Source of the DNA: Escherichia coli
Lineage (GTDB): Bacteria > Pseudomonadota > Gammaproteobacteria > Enterobacterales > Enterobacteriaceae
Length of the DNA stretch: 64,000 nucleotides
Direction: 5' to 3' (one strand)
NCBI RefSeq assembly: GCF_009931435.1
Contig: NZ_CP043415.1
Below, piece by piece: positions 43,334 through 54,197 of the stretch; the stretch's first letter is position 1, and every line of letters starts with the position of its first letter. The notes beneath the pieces were generated by a model. That model saw nothing but the letters and a program-made list of their open reading frames with translations, ran no database searches and had not been told where the DNA came from. A program made the position numbers and the translations under genes.

Positions 43334-46150
43334 TTATTTTTTATGCTGGTAACTCTTTGCTTTCTCTAAAAGCTCTTTCGGACTATCAGCACCAGGTATT
43401 CTTTCCTGAGCCAGCTTTTCTTCATTATATTTATTATTCTGAGTTAATGCTTCTGTTTTATGATGATTTTGTAGTTCAGAATACTGCCCTTTTACAATAT
43501 TTTCCTCGCCTCGGATGCTGTTCTGAGTATCTCCGATATTACCTCGATATTCTGTGACCATATTATCAACCTGATGTTTTACATCATTACGGATATTACT
43601 GTCCTGCGTTCTTTGCTCAATAATGGCCTGATGTCCCTGATGATCAGCAATAATATCCTGGCTGCCACCACCCGAAGGTACGCTCTCCATTCCTTTACCT
43701 ATATCTCTACGGGATTCACGCCAGGTGTTATCAACACCAGGCTGTACCTGTTCCTGCACAAAAGACCACGCCATAGCCCGACGGCGTTCTGCAATCTCCG
43801 GCGAACTGGTATTTGTCAGAATAGCTTCAACATCCTGCGGTGCGTTTTTCATCACATACTGTGCAAACTGTTGCGACAGATCTTCACTCATCTGCCCACT
43901 CATACTCTCAGTACGGGATGCCATTTCAGCATATTCATGGCTGCGGGTCATATTCGTCGTGTACTGGTCGTAACTCTGTTTCGCTGAATTCAGGGCTGCA
44001 GACAACTGATCCACACGGGAATCAGCATTATTGTCAGTATGGCTGCCGGATTCACTGACTTTGCGGCTGGTAAAGTAATCGCTGGCTTCTTTAAAGTCTT
44101 GTGTAGCTCTGGCATCGATATCATGACGAGCATCATGGCTGGCCCGTGAACCACTACTGGCTTCATGTGAGTCAAGATCACTGCCATCAATGCTTGCCTT
44201 AGCTCCGGCCTGGAGACCAACCCCTCCACCGTTACCCAATACACTTATGCCTAAATGCCCTTTAGCATAAGCATCACCGTAAAGGCCAAGCGACGCATTT
44301 GTACTTCTCGAGGCCAGTTCTCTCGTCGCCTGCTCATTACTGATATTATGCGCCTTCGCATAGCTTTCCACTGCACTGCGCATACGGCTGGCCATCATGG
44401 AGTCCTGAGCACTCATCGTGCTGTCAGCACCACCAGTGACAGAGTCACTGCTCCCCCGGTTAGAGCCAAACTGACTGAGTGTGTTCCAGGCACTGGCAAT
44501 ACTGCTGCTGAAACCATGCAGGGCACTTTCGGCTCTGTTCGACGCCTCCCGGGCCATTTCCTGTTGTGCCGCTGCAATCTGACGCGTTGCATTGATACCG
44601 ACCGGTAACCGGGACATCGCTCCGCTTGCATCCATCACCATATTACCGTCACGGGTCTGTGTGGCGGTTGCGCCACTGCCGGTCTGGTACATCATCTGAC
44701 CAAACGACGTGGTGCTGTTGGTGCTCCAGCTGAAGCCGTTCACGTTTTCCGTCTGCATGTTGCCGTAGGAGTAATTACCGTCAACCACACTGCCTGCTGC
44801 ACTGGCCGTTGGACTGATAGATGAAGAGGCGAAGTGGCTGTACACGCTGGAAAAACCTGCGCCAAGGCCTTTTACCATCATCCATGACAACGGGGGGATC
44901 ATGGCTGAAAGATACCCGGCAGTGGAGGCCAGGTCAGAGTATTTCAGCTGTATCTGAGAGAGTTCAGACAACACGACCGGCGCACCATTCTGTTTCGCAT
45001 AGAATGTCATGGCACTGTTCAGAATGGCATACAACAACGGCCAGGTCTGCAGCCACATCAGGGCAAACACATACCCCTTTAATACAGACAATGTCAGCTT
45101 GTTAAAGACAGCCGCCAGTATCAGGAGCGGGAATATACCAATGGCAATCCCCGTCAGGATAGTCTGGACCATCGGCAGGTTTCGCATAGTTACATGACCA
45201 ATGGAGACATGTGCCAGACGTTGTTTCTCCATCGATGACGTGGTGGCCAGACTTACCAGGCTGGCGGTGTCACCGTTACGGGCTGCATTACTGGTGATAC
45301 CCTCTTTCAGGGCATTCATGGTGACGTTCTGGCGCATAATCTGGCTGGCAGACTGACTGGAGCCGTAGAAATAACTGTAACTGTCACTGACCAGTTGTCT
45401 GAATAACAGGTCCGGGTCCGGTCTGCCGCCAAATATCTGCTGCACATAATAATGCCAGGTCTTGCCTCCCGTCTTTGTATCGAGATTCAGCCTGTCTTTC
45501 AGCGTGACCGACGCATCCTTACAAGTTATGAAATTATTATTGTTGTCATAAACGCCCCGTAGCGGGCTGGGGCGGGAAAAAATCAGCGTGTAGGGGTCAG
45601 CGGAGGCCATCAGGTCTTCCAGCGTGTATTTATGATTCAGGTAAATATCACCCAGCACGCAGTTCTGGACGTAGTCCTGGAACAGATTGATGATTTCCGG
45701 ATTCCGGGACAGGAAATCGGTGCTTTTCACAATCAGATTCGCCCCGAACAGCATCCCCGTTTTGCTGTAGGTGACGCTGTCCGGTTGCGTGAAGATCATC
45801 TCGTAACTGGCCACCATTGCATGCCCGATACGGGTCGTCAGTGAAAGTGGCATCGCCAGACCGACCGGCACATTATCCACCCGGTGAACTTTGACCAGGT
45901 CACTGTTATCAATAATCTGCACCGATGTGCGGACATTAACCAGCAGGCTGATAAGCACAAACACGGCCACCCAGCCCAGCAAATCCATCACGTTGTGCCG
46001 CTGTACCCACATTACGGCCACCGCGAGAACAGACAATGTGAGCGCAATTTTTTCAATGGAATCCCACGTCCAGGTTCCCATAAAGGCGGCAATGGCGTTC
46101 AGGTTATTCCGCAACCACTCACCACCGGCAATCACATAAACTTCATTCAC
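43334..46150 (-). CDS. traG: mating-pair stabilisation protein TraG
   Basis: 938 aa, N-terminal membrane domain; F order. Confidence 0.92.
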   Translation of the reverse strand: MNEVYVIAGGEWLRNNLNAIAAFMGTWTWDSIEKIALTLSVLAVAVMWVQRHNVMDLLGWVAVFVLISLLVNVRTSVQIIDNSDLVKVHRVDNVPVGLAMPLSLTTRIGHAMVASYEMIFTQPDSVTYSKTGMLFGANLIVKSTDFLSRNPEIINLFQDYVQNCVLGDIYLNHKYTLEDLMASADPYTLIFSRPSPLRGVYDNNNNFITCKDASVTLKDRLNLDTKTGGKTWHYYVQQIFGGRPDPDLLFRQLVSDSYSYFYGSSQSASQIMRQNVTMNALKEGITSNAARNGDTASLVSLATTSSMEKQRLAHVSIGHVTMRNLPMVQTILTGIAIGIFPLLILAAVFNKLTLSVLKGYVFALMWLQTWPLLYAILNSAMTFYAKQNGAPVVLSELSQIQLKYSDLASTAGYLSAMIPPLSWMMVKGLGAGFSSVYSHFASSSISPTASAAGSVVDGNYSYGNMQTENVNGFSWSTNSTTSFGQMMYQTGSGATATQTRDGNMVMDASGAMSRLPVGINATRQIAAAQQEMAREASNRAESALHGFSSSIASAWNTLSQFGSNRGSSDSVTGGADSTMSAQDSMMASRMRSAVESYAKAHNISNEQATRELASRSTNASLGLYGDAYAKGHLGISVLGNGGGVGLQAGAKASIDGSDLDSHEASSGSRASHDARHDIDARATQDFKEASDYFTSRKVSESGSHTDNNADSRVDQLSAALNSAKQSYDQYTTNMTRSHEYAEMASRTESMSGQMSEDLSQQFAQYVMKNAPQDVEAILTNTSSPEIAERRRAMAWSFVQEQVQPGVDNTWRESRRDIGKGMESVPSGGGSQDIIADHQGHQAIIEQRTQDSNIRNDVKHQVDNMVTEYRGNIGDTQNSIRGEENIVKGQYSELQNHHKTEALTQNNKYNEEKLAQERIPGADSPKELLEKAKSYQHKK

Positions 46151-47520
46151 AGCGTGCTCCCTCCGAAGTGATAGTTGTTCTGGTAACGACTGAGCATGCG
46201 GGCGGAAAGCTGCTGACGCATGTAGCTCATCTGACGATCGACAACCAGCAGCGCATCCTGCTGTACCTGCACCTGTGACTGAAACGCCGCAATCTGCCGG
46301 GTGGCATCATTCATGTTGTCGTTAATATGCCCGATAACCGCTTCGTCATAATTTCCCGTGGCCACCATCGCCCGGGCCTGCTGTATCAGCTCCTGAATGT
46401 ACTGCAGCAGGATGTCGTAACCGATATAGTCCGTCAGCTGGTAAATCATACTGTTGGAAACACCGAGCATCTGCGGGTCAACCAGGTATTTGAAGACGGG
46501 GATGGTGGTACTGGAAATAAAGCCTTTTTCCTTGTCATCCAGAGGCGTGTCACTGACAGCCTTGTTCTGAATGCTGGCCAGAAGTTTAGTAATCTGAGAC
46601 TTCAGTGCATTATCCCGGCTGATGGTCACCGGTGTGTCTGCCACCACTTTCAGGCATTTATCAGAATCGTTGCAGTGATAAATTTTTGCTGTGCCGCCTT
46701 CCATCATGGCCCGGATAATTGAGCGGTCAGTGGTTCTGGCTGACAGCGGTGTGATTTCGCCGTTGGGACCAAACACCAGTGAGCCGGTCAGCGTCATCAC
46801 AAACTCTTTCAGCTCTTTGTTGCCGTCAAACATTCTGTTTTTGGAAAGCGCATTCCACATGATGTTAATGTTTTTGGTCACCCGCTCCTTATCCTTGTCG
46901 CTGGCTTTATCCCTGACGCTGTCAGATTTACCGCCAACGGTACATCCCTGCCGGGAAGCCGCCCAGTCAGCAAAAATATTGCTCTCACCGGCAATGTCCT
47001 GACAGACTTTTTGCTGGGACACCTGCGTCCGGGGGAAAAGCCCGCCGATAATCCCCTGCGCCGCCTGGCAGGAACTGAGGTTCATGCTGTTAATGTCGCT
47101 TGCCATTTTCTGCAGGAAGTCTTTTGCGGTTTTGATTTCCGGCACCGTTGTCTGCAGGGCAAGGTCAAAAAAGTAACCGGCAGCATTACTCATAATCTGC
47201 TTAACAAAACGCTGCAGCTGCTCACCATTAATAAAACTGAACGAACCGAGATAAGCGTCGATGCCGCCACATCCGGCATTGATATCCGGCAGCGTCATGG
47301 AAATCAGCTGAACATTTTTGACCTGAGTACGGGCATACAGGGAGCCGCCGTAAGCATAGCCGGCAGCCTGCCCCTGCCAGACGCCCGGCTGTGTGGTATT
47401 GGAGGCGAAGCCCAGCTTGTTAAAGAACTGATTCATGTCGCTGTTCACATCCGCTGACGCTGCAGGCGTCACCGTCAGTAAGGCGGCACAAAGAATAAAA
47501 AGAGGCTTAATGCGAAGCAT
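46147..47520 (-). CDS. traH: F-pilus assembly protein TraH
   Basis: 457 aa with signal peptide; F order. Confidence 0.92.
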   Translation of the reverse strand: MLRIKPLFILCAALLTVTPAASADVNSDMNQFFNKLGFASNTTQPGVWQGQAAGYAYGGSLYARTQVKNVQLISMTLPDINAGCGGIDAYLGSFSFINGEQLQRFVKQIMSNAAGYFFDLALQTTVPEIKTAKDFLQKMASDINSMNLSSCQAAQGIIGGLFPRTQVSQQKVCQDIAGESNIFADWAASRQGCTVGGKSDSVRDKASDKDKERVTKNINIMWNALSKNRMFDGNKELKEFVMTLTGSLVFGPNGEITPLSARTTDRSIIRAMMEGGTAKIYHCNDSDKCLKVVADTPVTISRDNALKSQITKLLASIQNKAVSDTPLDDKEKGFISSTTIPVFKYLVDPQMLGVSNSMIYQLTDYIGYDILLQYIQELIQQARAMVATGNYDEAVIGHINDNMNDATRQIAAFQSQVQVQQDALLVVDRQMSYMRQQLSARMLSRYQNNYHFGGSTL

Positions 47521-47932
47521 TATTGCTGCCCTCCCTTAATGTGTTCTCCCGGCGCATACGGCGTTTCAACAGGAATATCCCGATATTTCCGTATATTAAT
47601 TCGTACATTGGGAACAGAAAAAATGTAACAAGAAACCCGACTGCAAGCGCATATAACGCATACGGAATGACATATATCAGGATATTCCACATATAAATCG
47701 AATTATTTAATTCTTGGTCCATTTTCCACGAATCAATACAGGCATCAAAAATAATATTCATAGCTGTCCATAAAACAATTCCGGCAGTCAGAAATACCAG
47801 AGGCAATCCAGCATACCTGTCAGTAATTCTGGAAATGTATTTATAATCTCGTTCTGTACTTCTGATTTTGAGTTCAGGATTATTTTTATTTTCTCTCATT
47901 ATAAGTTCCCTCTGATATTTCCGATAATTCAT
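47507..47932 (-). CDS. trbF: TrbF (start codon uncertain)
   Basis: Small membrane protein between trbJ and traH; ORF is 141 aa versus ~126 aa in F. Confidence 0.7.
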   Translation of the reverse strand: MNYRKYQRELIMRENKNNPELKIRSTERDYKYISRITDRYAGLPLVFLTAGIVLWTAMNIIFDACIDSWKMDQELNNSIYMWNILIYVIPYALYALAVGFLVTFFLFPMYELIYGNIGIFLLKRRMRRENTLREGSNNASH

Positions 47933-48167
47933 TCAGACCAGTCCTGCGGCTGTAATATATTTCAGACACCGAAATCCATCCCACAATTGCCCCCACAAAA
48001 AACACAACAGAAACAGAAAAGGTAAGGCACAGCGAAACGACAATTTCTACAGGGCTGGCGGGATAAAAAAGCCCCTGATGGATAAAGGGGATATTCAGGC
48101 TGACGATTATTCCCGTCGCGATGCCGGATATTCCGGCAATGAGTAACACCACCTGCTTATTTCGCAC
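47886..48167 (-). CDS. trbJ: TrbJ, GTG start
   Basis: 93 aa from GTG at 48165-48167 with a GGAGGG RBS; the ATG-initiated ORF (to 48260) would overlap trbB by 100 nt. Confidence 0.7.
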   Translation of the reverse strand: MRNKQVVLLIAGISGIATGIIVSLNIPFIHQGLFYPASPVEIVVSLCLTFSVSVVFFVGAIVGWISVSEIYYSRRTGLNELSEISEGTYNERK

Positions 48168-48702
48168 CTTTTTTCCCTCCGTACATCTGCAGAACGGTAT
48201 CCATCCGCGCCATAAAACCGGCGGCATCCGTTGCCCCCTGTAAAAGCGGTAATGCCTCAAGCGTGTTGACGTTGACCAGGAAGGTGGTCGGTGTGGCCAC
48301 CGGAATATTCGGGAAGAAGGTCTGCATCACGTCCGGTGGCACCGGTAATGCTTCCGGAAAGGCGGTATCCCCCTGACCATCCAGGGTGTAGGGAAAAACG
48401 GAAAAGCCGTACTGCTGTGCCAGCTGCTTCAGTACCGGGTCAAACTGGTGACAGTAAGGGCAATGCCCCTGCATAAACAGCACCACCTTCCAGTCGGCCA
48501 GGTTAACCTGCCTGCCATTACTGAGGCGGAACCAGCGGGGAGCCGGCTTTGCTGTCCTGGCTGACGTGCCTGCTGCCGGTTGTGCAGGCTGCGTAGCCAT
48601 ACCCTGCGGATTCCAGAGTCGCTCTATTTCATCCCGGGTGGAGGCCTGCACAGCAGCGGCGCTCAGCAACAGGGTGAACAGCAGTGATTTAGTGAGAGAC
48701 AT
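48157..48702 (-). CDS. trbB: periplasmic thiol-disulfide isomerase TrbB
   Basis: 181 aa; signal peptide; thioredoxin-like CPYC motif. Confidence 0.9.
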   Translation of the reverse strand: MSLTKSLLFTLLLSAAAVQASTRDEIERLWNPQGMATQPAQPAAGTSARTAKPAPRWFRLSNGRQVNLADWKVVLFMQGHCPYCHQFDPVLKQLAQQYGFSVFPYTLDGQGDTAFPEALPVPPDVMQTFFPNIPVATPTTFLVNVNTLEALPLLQGATDAAGFMARMDTVLQMYGGKKGAK

Positions 48703-48973
48703 GTCCGCCCTCCTGCTGCCCTTCCATCATGGCCTGTTGCCTGGCTTCCAGTGCCTCACGCTCTTCCCGGCTGACACGGGCAATCCATGCATCCAGCACC
48801 TGGTATGCGCCGAACAGTACGAGAATGGCCGCAATCAGCTCCGCCAGAAAAAAAGCCATCCAGGGTTTGCTGTAAACAAGACGGGCGACGATATGAAACC
48901 AGACACCCAGGGAAAATACCCACATTCCCGTAATATCAAGCCGGGGTAAAGAGAATCTGCGTTTACTTATCAT
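48689..48973 (-). CDS. traQ: pilin chaperone TraQ
   Basis: 94-aa membrane protein, F order. Confidence 0.88.
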   Translation of the reverse strand: MISKRRFSLPRLDITGMWVFSLGVWFHIVARLVYSKPWMAFFLAELIAAILVLFGAYQVLDAWIARVSREEREALEARQQAMMEGQQEGGHVSH

Positions 48974-49053
48974 GTTAAACTCCGGTTATTATTTACATGA
49001 GAGTATTCATGTCTGTAATATTCGCGTTTGTGTGATATTAATCAGAGGTACAA

Positions 49054-49368
49054 ATGGAAAAGCGATCTTTTAAAGAAAAACTGGAAATAATCAGAAACAT
49101 AATAAGAGAGTCGTTACTGGGAAATGCGGCAATTATTGCGCTGATATATGCAGCATCACATTCATTACCGGTCAATGCCTTCCCTGACTATCTTGTAATA
49201 AGTTTATTAAGTATCGCAGCAGTCATCGTTGTATTATGGTTATTTTCAATTATCTATATTTATTTTTGTGAGCTATTCAGAAGCCACTGGATTGCGGTAT
49301 GGTTTATCATATGGTCTTCAGTAATCAACCTCATTATTTTGTATGGTTTTTATGACCATTTTATATGA
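49054..49368 (+). CDS. artA: ArtA (anti-tra-strand gene)
   Basis: 104-aa hydrophobic ORF on the strand opposite the tra operon, between traQ and trbA as in F. Confidence 0.7.
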   Translation: MEKRSFKEKLEIIRNIIRESLLGNAAIIALIYAASHSLPVNAFPDYLVISLLSIAAVIVVLWLFSIIYIYFCELFRSHWIAVWFIIWSSVINLIILYGFYDHFI

Positions 49369-49369
49369 C

Positions 49370-49717
49370 TTAGCCTGTCATAAGCCCCCTTATAAAAAAC
49401 CACATCACTCCGGACCATACCGATGACAACACAATACAGATAAATATTCTTCTGAACCTGTCGAAGCTCGTAACGTCCGGTAATGCGGCCGCAACTATTG
49501 AAACAACCAGTGCTGCGCCCTGACTCATAATTGCACCACACAGAAACCAGAGACTGGCGGTAAGCACATATAAACACGCGATATTAATAACAAGGAAAAC
49601 CAGTGAGCTCAGGAGAAACATTTTCCTGTCATTACGCTCAGAAAAGAAATAACCGGCAATAATGACAAACATTAACAGAACAACACCTGTAAACATTTTC
49701 AAATAATCTTCACTCAT
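49370..49717 (-). CDS. trbA: TrbA
   Basis: 115-aa membrane protein, F order. Confidence 0.8.
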   Translation of the reverse strand: MSEDYLKMFTGVVLLMFVIIAGYFFSERNDRKMFLLSSLVFLVINIACLYVLTASLWFLCGAIMSQGAALVVSIVAAALPDVTSFDRFRRIFICIVLSSVWSGVMWFFIRGLMTG

Positions 49718-49732
49718 AAATCAAATCCGCGA

Positions 49733-50476
49733 TTAAAAATTGGGTTTAAAATCTTCAGAAACGTTCAGGAACTGTTTTGCCAGGTCGTCCTGCGAAATAA
49801 AGCCGTATGATAACGGGCGAACACTGCCCTGTTTCGGGTCAACCAGCATCATGGCCGGGAAATATTTCACGCCGAGGCGCTGCGCCTGCCCCTGGTCAGT
49901 CCGGGAATCCGGCAACAGCGGATTAATCACGCCATCCACGGAAACGGGAATAACACTCAGACCATACGTATCCCGGAAGCCATTAATGACCTGCGCCAGT
50001 TGCCCGTCGATGGGGTCCTGCCCCCGGTAAAAAAACATGATGCCGTAGTGTTCAGCCAGTTTCGCAATGGCCTGTCGCTGCTGCGCCTGGTCTGCTGCCA
50101 GCTGGTTCCGTACCGTGCCGTTGTAATGGCTGTACTGCAGGTTATAGTCCAGTTCAGGATGTGCCAGCATGGCCTTTCTGGCGCTCATGGTGAAAAGCCC
50201 GGCCTGCTGAGTCCAGTAATTTTGCAGCCGGAAATATTTCACAAAATTATCCACGCCGGGATACAGAATGGCTTCGTACAGCGCCCGCTTTGTTGCCGTC
50301 TGCAGTGCGGCCAGTTTCTGCATAATATCCGGTTCCTGACGGGGGGCTGCAGGTACAGGTTTATTTTCTTTTTCCTTCGGATTTATTTTCTCGTTATACC
50401 ACTGCCAGCCTGCATCTTTTCCTGACGCCGGAAAGATAAAGCAGCAGAGTAACAGTGGCAGTAATGCTTTATTCAT
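49733..50476 (-). CDS. traF: pilus assembly thioredoxin-like protein TraF
   Basis: 247 aa from MNKALLPLLLCCFIFPASG (signal peptide). Confidence 0.9.
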   Translation of the reverse strand: MNKALLPLLLCCFIFPASGKDAGWQWYNEKINPKEKENKPVPAAPRQEPDIMQKLAALQTATKRALYEAILYPGVDNFVKYFRLQNYWTQQAGLFTMSARKAMLAHPELDYNLQYSHYNGTVRNQLAADQAQQRQAIAKLAEHYGIMFFYRGQDPIDGQLAQVINGFRDTYGLSVIPVSVDGVINPLLPDSRTDQGQAQRLGVKYFPAMMLVDPKQGSVRPLSYGFISQDDLAKQFLNVSEDFKPNF

Positions 50477-50729
50477 CTTCATTCCTTTCATCACTTTTTC
50501 TTTCATCAGGTTTCTGCAGGTCAGTCAGGGCAGAAAAACAAAAATACAGAATAAACAGGAGCACACCGGAGTAAAGGATAACGAAAGCAGCGGCAAGCAT
50601 CCCGTCTGCCGTGGTTTCTTTTACCGTATCCCACGACCAGATAATTACCGGAGAAATGACAATCGCTGTAATCAAAAGCCGGATAAGAAAATCAATAAAA
50701 CGGTTCGACGTGAATATGACTTTCATCAT
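50469..50729 (-). CDS. trbE: TrbE
   Basis: 86-aa membrane protein overlapping the traF start. Confidence 0.8.
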   Translation of the reverse strand: MMKVIFTSNRFIDFLIRLLITAIVISPVIIWSWDTVKETTADGMLAAAFVILYSGVLLFILYFCFSALTDLQKPDERKSDERNEDE

Positions 50730-50752
50730 TTCCCCCGGTTATTTCCCATACC

Positions 50753-52561
50753 TTACTGTCCTGCCTGTTTCAGCTGGTCAGCAATCTGCTCTTTCACTTT
50801 CTGCGTCAGAACGCCACTGTCCGGGATTTTCTGGTTATTCATCAGGTCTTCGTAGAAGTTAGTGAAATCCAGTCTGTTGAACTGAATTTTCTGCAGCTCA
50901 TCAACCGTAATCCCCCGACAGTCAGGATGCTTCGCACTACCAAAACTGATACGCAACTGACCGTTGCGCCCCTGCTGCTGGACTATCTGCGCCAGCTTCG
51001 AATCAAACTGACAGTAGCTGCGTTTTTTCTCCAGACAGACACCCAGCACTTTCTTCGAACAGAACTCCCCGACGCTGACGGTCAGTTTGTTTGATTTTGC
51101 TTTAGCCAGGGCCTTTTCATCACTGCTGCATTTGGCCAGCCCGATATCCTGTCCCCAGCCGCTGTCCTTACAGCAGTTGCTGTATCCGGCTGCAGCCTTC
51201 TTACAAAATTTCGCCTGACCGGTGAAAGCACGGACATCCACCCCGTTCAGCGCCGCAACATCCTTACCTGCTGCGGCCAGTGCCGCCAGCTGAGAAACGG
51301 CTTCGGCAAAATCATTACTCTGCCCGCTCTGAGCCTTATCGCATTCGCCATCGAGACAGAAGACGTCTCCCCCACAGACCATCACTTTCCCGGATGTTTT
51401 TGACTCACAGGAGTACGTGGCATATTCATGCAGACAGGCACCTTCTTCGGAGTAAAAGGCACACTGGTGTGACACCAGGGTACAGGCAGGATTGTCGGTG
51501 TAGGTCTGACAGGTTCCCTTGTCTGCTGACTGCGTGACATACGTGTCCCGGTATGCCCAGCAGCTCTGGTACATGCTGTATGACTGACCGTCTTTCACCA
51601 GCGTCCTGTTCCCGCCAGCCTCCGTACATTCTGTTTTTGTCAGTTTCCCCAGCTCCTTGCTGAACGGGCAGCTTTCAGACCAGACAACATACGGGGTGTA
51701 CGAGGCTTTTTTTACCCTGACAACCAGACGCAGCTTCATTGCCGTATGACGTTTGAATTTTGTATTCCCGACCCGGACGGGGTGAGATGACGTAAAAGCC
51801 ACACCGGCAGTCAGTGTTTTCTGTACTGGTGTAAATGAGGCATCTGCTGAGTATTTGGCATTCCAGCTCAGTGGGGTTCCCAGTACTGTAATTGTCATAG
51901 GTACACTCTTCTGCAGGTAAGTACGACTCCAGCTGTAATGCGCATCGACAATTTCACCGGTAACGGGAGAGGTAATGGAGACAACATACTGACCATTCAC
52001 TTCACGTGCAGGTAGCTGACTCATTTCATACTCCAGCGTCCGGGTTTCCCATGTGGTACTCCCCTGCAGCTCCATACGGGCAGTTCGTGTGCAGTACTGC
52101 TCCACCTGTAAATCCCGCTCACAGGTGTAATTCGTGTATTCACTCCTGCTAATCTCCTGCGCACTGCACTGCTGCCCGGTGTTTCCCACAATGCTGTCAG
52201 CCCGGTTCACCACATCCCTGCCGGTCTGGATAAACGGTGCATCCGGTGAAAGAATGTCTTTCGGCTTGTTCATGAATGACTCTGTAATGGTTTTTCCGGT
52301 TTCACCGGTCGCCCATTCCGTGGTGCCGTCATTTTTCAGGCCGCCATCCCCGCCGGCAGTCACGCCACCGTAATATTTTGTCTCGTCCGGATTCGCGTTA
52401 TAGCCGGGGATACTCTCCTGTGGCTTAAAGCCCTGAATACTGCTGCTTCCCTGCCCTTTGATCTGGTGAGCAAAATCAGAACCGGCCCGGTAATCACTGT
52501 TGCTGTCAGCCTGTGCCATGCCGGCAACCAGAGCCAGTATCAGAGGTAAAATACGTTTCAT
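50753..52561 (-). CDS. traN: mating-pair stabilisation outer-membrane protein TraN
   Basis: 602 aa, Cys-rich C-terminal half, signal peptide. Confidence 0.93.
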   Translation of the reverse strand: MKRILPLILALVAGMAQADSNSDYRAGSDFAHQIKGQGSSSIQGFKPQESIPGYNANPDETKYYGGVTAGGDGGLKNDGTTEWATGETGKTITESFMNKPKDILSPDAPFIQTGRDVVNRADSIVGNTGQQCSAQEISRSEYTNYTCERDLQVEQYCTRTARMELQGSTTWETRTLEYEMSQLPAREVNGQYVVSITSPVTGEIVDAHYSWSRTYLQKSVPMTITVLGTPLSWNAKYSADASFTPVQKTLTAGVAFTSSHPVRVGNTKFKRHTAMKLRLVVRVKKASYTPYVVWSESCPFSKELGKLTKTECTEAGGNRTLVKDGQSYSMYQSCWAYRDTYVTQSADKGTCQTYTDNPACTLVSHQCAFYSEEGACLHEYATYSCESKTSGKVMVCGGDVFCLDGECDKAQSGQSNDFAEAVSQLAALAAAGKDVAALNGVDVRAFTGQAKFCKKAAAGYSNCCKDSGWGQDIGLAKCSSDEKALAKAKSNKLTVSVGEFCSKKVLGVCLEKKRSYCQFDSKLAQIVQQQGRNGQLRISFGSAKHPDCRGITVDELQKIQFNRLDFTNFYEDLMNNQKIPDSGVLTQKVKEQIADQLKQAGQ

Positions 52562-53199
52562 TTCCCGGAATCTCCTTTCCCTGCCAGTAAATCATGAGCC
52601 ACCTGCCGGCAGTCACCCGTGGCGGCCACTTTCTCCAGCGCCTGGCCGACCCGCAGGTTTCCCCGGATGATGTCGTATCCCTGACTGCAGAACACCACCA
52701 GTGCCGGTACAGTGCGAATGCCGTACTGTGAAAACAGCGTCGGGTCGATCTGAACACCATCAGTCGCGCCGTCTTTCACCAGGGACAACACAGCTTCAGC
52801 GGTGGTCTTCAGGTCATTGTTCACCATGCCCCGCAGTGTGGCCGGAATACCGTAGTGCCGGGTTTCGCCCAGCATTCGTTTCAGCCCCTCTTCGGGAATG
52901 GAAAACGACACAAAATACAGAGCACCCTGCCGGGGTTTCCCGTCCTGCGAAGCCTGCTGTTTACGAACCAGCTCATCCAGGAAATGGTTATCTGAACGCT
53001 GAAGGGGGTTTTCCAGCACCTGTTTCTCCGCCCAGGCTTTCAGCTGATGGTCAGGTTTTTCACGCAGTTGTCTGCTTAAATTTTCCTGCTGCTTCAGGAA
53101 CTGGCGGTTTTCAGGAGTGTTCACGTTTTCTGACGCCATAACCGCCCCGTTCAGCATCATCAGCAGTGCTGCCAGAGATTTCATACTCAGCTTCATCAT
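52558..53199 (-). CDS. trbC: pilus assembly protein TrbC
   Basis: 213 aa with signal peptide; F order. Confidence 0.9.
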   Translation of the reverse strand: MMKLSMKSLAALLMMLNGAVMASENVNTPENRQFLKQQENLSRQLREKPDHQLKAWAEKQVLENPLQRSDNHFLDELVRKQQASQDGKPRQGALYFVSFSIPEEGLKRMLGETRHYGIPATLRGMVNNDLKTTAEAVLSLVKDGATDGVQIDPTLFSQYGIRTVPALVVFCSQGYDIIRGNLRVGQALEKVAATGDCRQVAHDLLAGKGDSGK

Positions 53200-53204
53200 T
53201 CACC

Positions 53205-54197
53205 TCACAGGAAGACACAGTTACGTTTACGCCACATCAGGTAGCCGAAGTTTTTCTTTGTGTTGGGCGGATTTTTCCCGGTTTCCCAGCGGGTCACGCT
53301 GCGCCCGAACGGGTGGCACTGCCCGCTGTCCGGGTACATATTCACCATCTGGTAACGCCAGCGTTCTTTGGGCAGGATTGGGGACGGATATTCATTACAG
53401 ACGGCGTTATTTTTCCCGATGGTTTCCATAATCATGCCCTGACGGTGCAGCTTGAACGCCATGCGTTCACTGACCAGCAGGGAGGACTGCAACGGACTGG
53501 ACTCATTACTCACCCAGCCATTGAACGGGTACATACTGCCCTGCGAACCGGCACACCAGAACAGAACATCGAGAGGCATATTAAAGGCGCTGGCAATCGC
53601 ATCTGCTGCACAGGCCCCCTGTGCTATCGGATTGGCAAAGATGACAGCTTCCGGATTGAGAATGGTGGTCAGGCTGCTGTCCGTCCAGGTGGGGTCGATT
53701 TCAGAAAGATAAGCGATATCCAGGTCACCACCTTCCAGACAGCCCAGCGATGTGATGATGTTAAGCCAGTACGTCAGCGGGTATTTGTACCAGTGAACGT
53801 GATAGAACGCCCCGTTCACCTGCTTCTCATCCTTTTTCGCCGTTCCCTGTGCCGTTTTACCAAAAGCCGGCAGGCTGAAGCCCAGGTTCACCATGCATCC
53901 CGGTGATCGGGTGACGTCCGTCAGCGCCATCGGCTCCCAGTAACCAATGGCCAGCCCGATACGCCTGAACAGCGGCGGCGGTGCCGGACAAATCTGAATG
54001 GGCATCGACGGGTTCGCCGTGTCGGGGACCTTACCCTGACTGACTTTGATACTGCCCAGCGAGAGCGGGAAAATACAGCTCCAGCAGATATCCGTGATCG
54101 GGTTTACAAAACGCCCCTCACAGGCAGAATCCGCAGACGCTGCAGGGACATGACCGGCGAGAAGGAATAACATCAGCAGCCACAGGCTTCGCTTCAT
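53205..54197 (-). CDS. traU: TraU
   Basis: 330 aa, signal peptide, Cys-rich; F order. Confidence 0.93.
   Translation of the reverse strand: MKRSLWLLMLFLLAGHVPAASADSACEGRFVNPITDICWSCIFPLSLGSIKVSQGKVPDTANPSMPIQICPAPPPLFRRIGLAIGYWEPMALTDVTRSPGCMVNLGFSLPAFGKTAQGTAKKDEKQVNGAFYHVHWYKYPLTYWLNIITSLGCLEGGDLDIAYLSEIDPTWTDSSLTTILNPEAVIFANPIAQGACAADAIASAFNMPLDVLFWCAGSQGSMYPFNGWVSNESSPLQSSLLVSERMAFKLHRQGMIMETIGKNNAVCNEYPSPILPKERWRYQMVNMYPDSGQCHPFGRSVTRWETGKNPPNTKKNFGYLMWRKRNCVFL

Noticed and set aside
53166-53906. 246-aa plus-strand ORF antisense to traU/trbC
   Set aside because: Overlaps conserved tra genes on the opposite strand; no RBS; composition typical of an antisense artefact.
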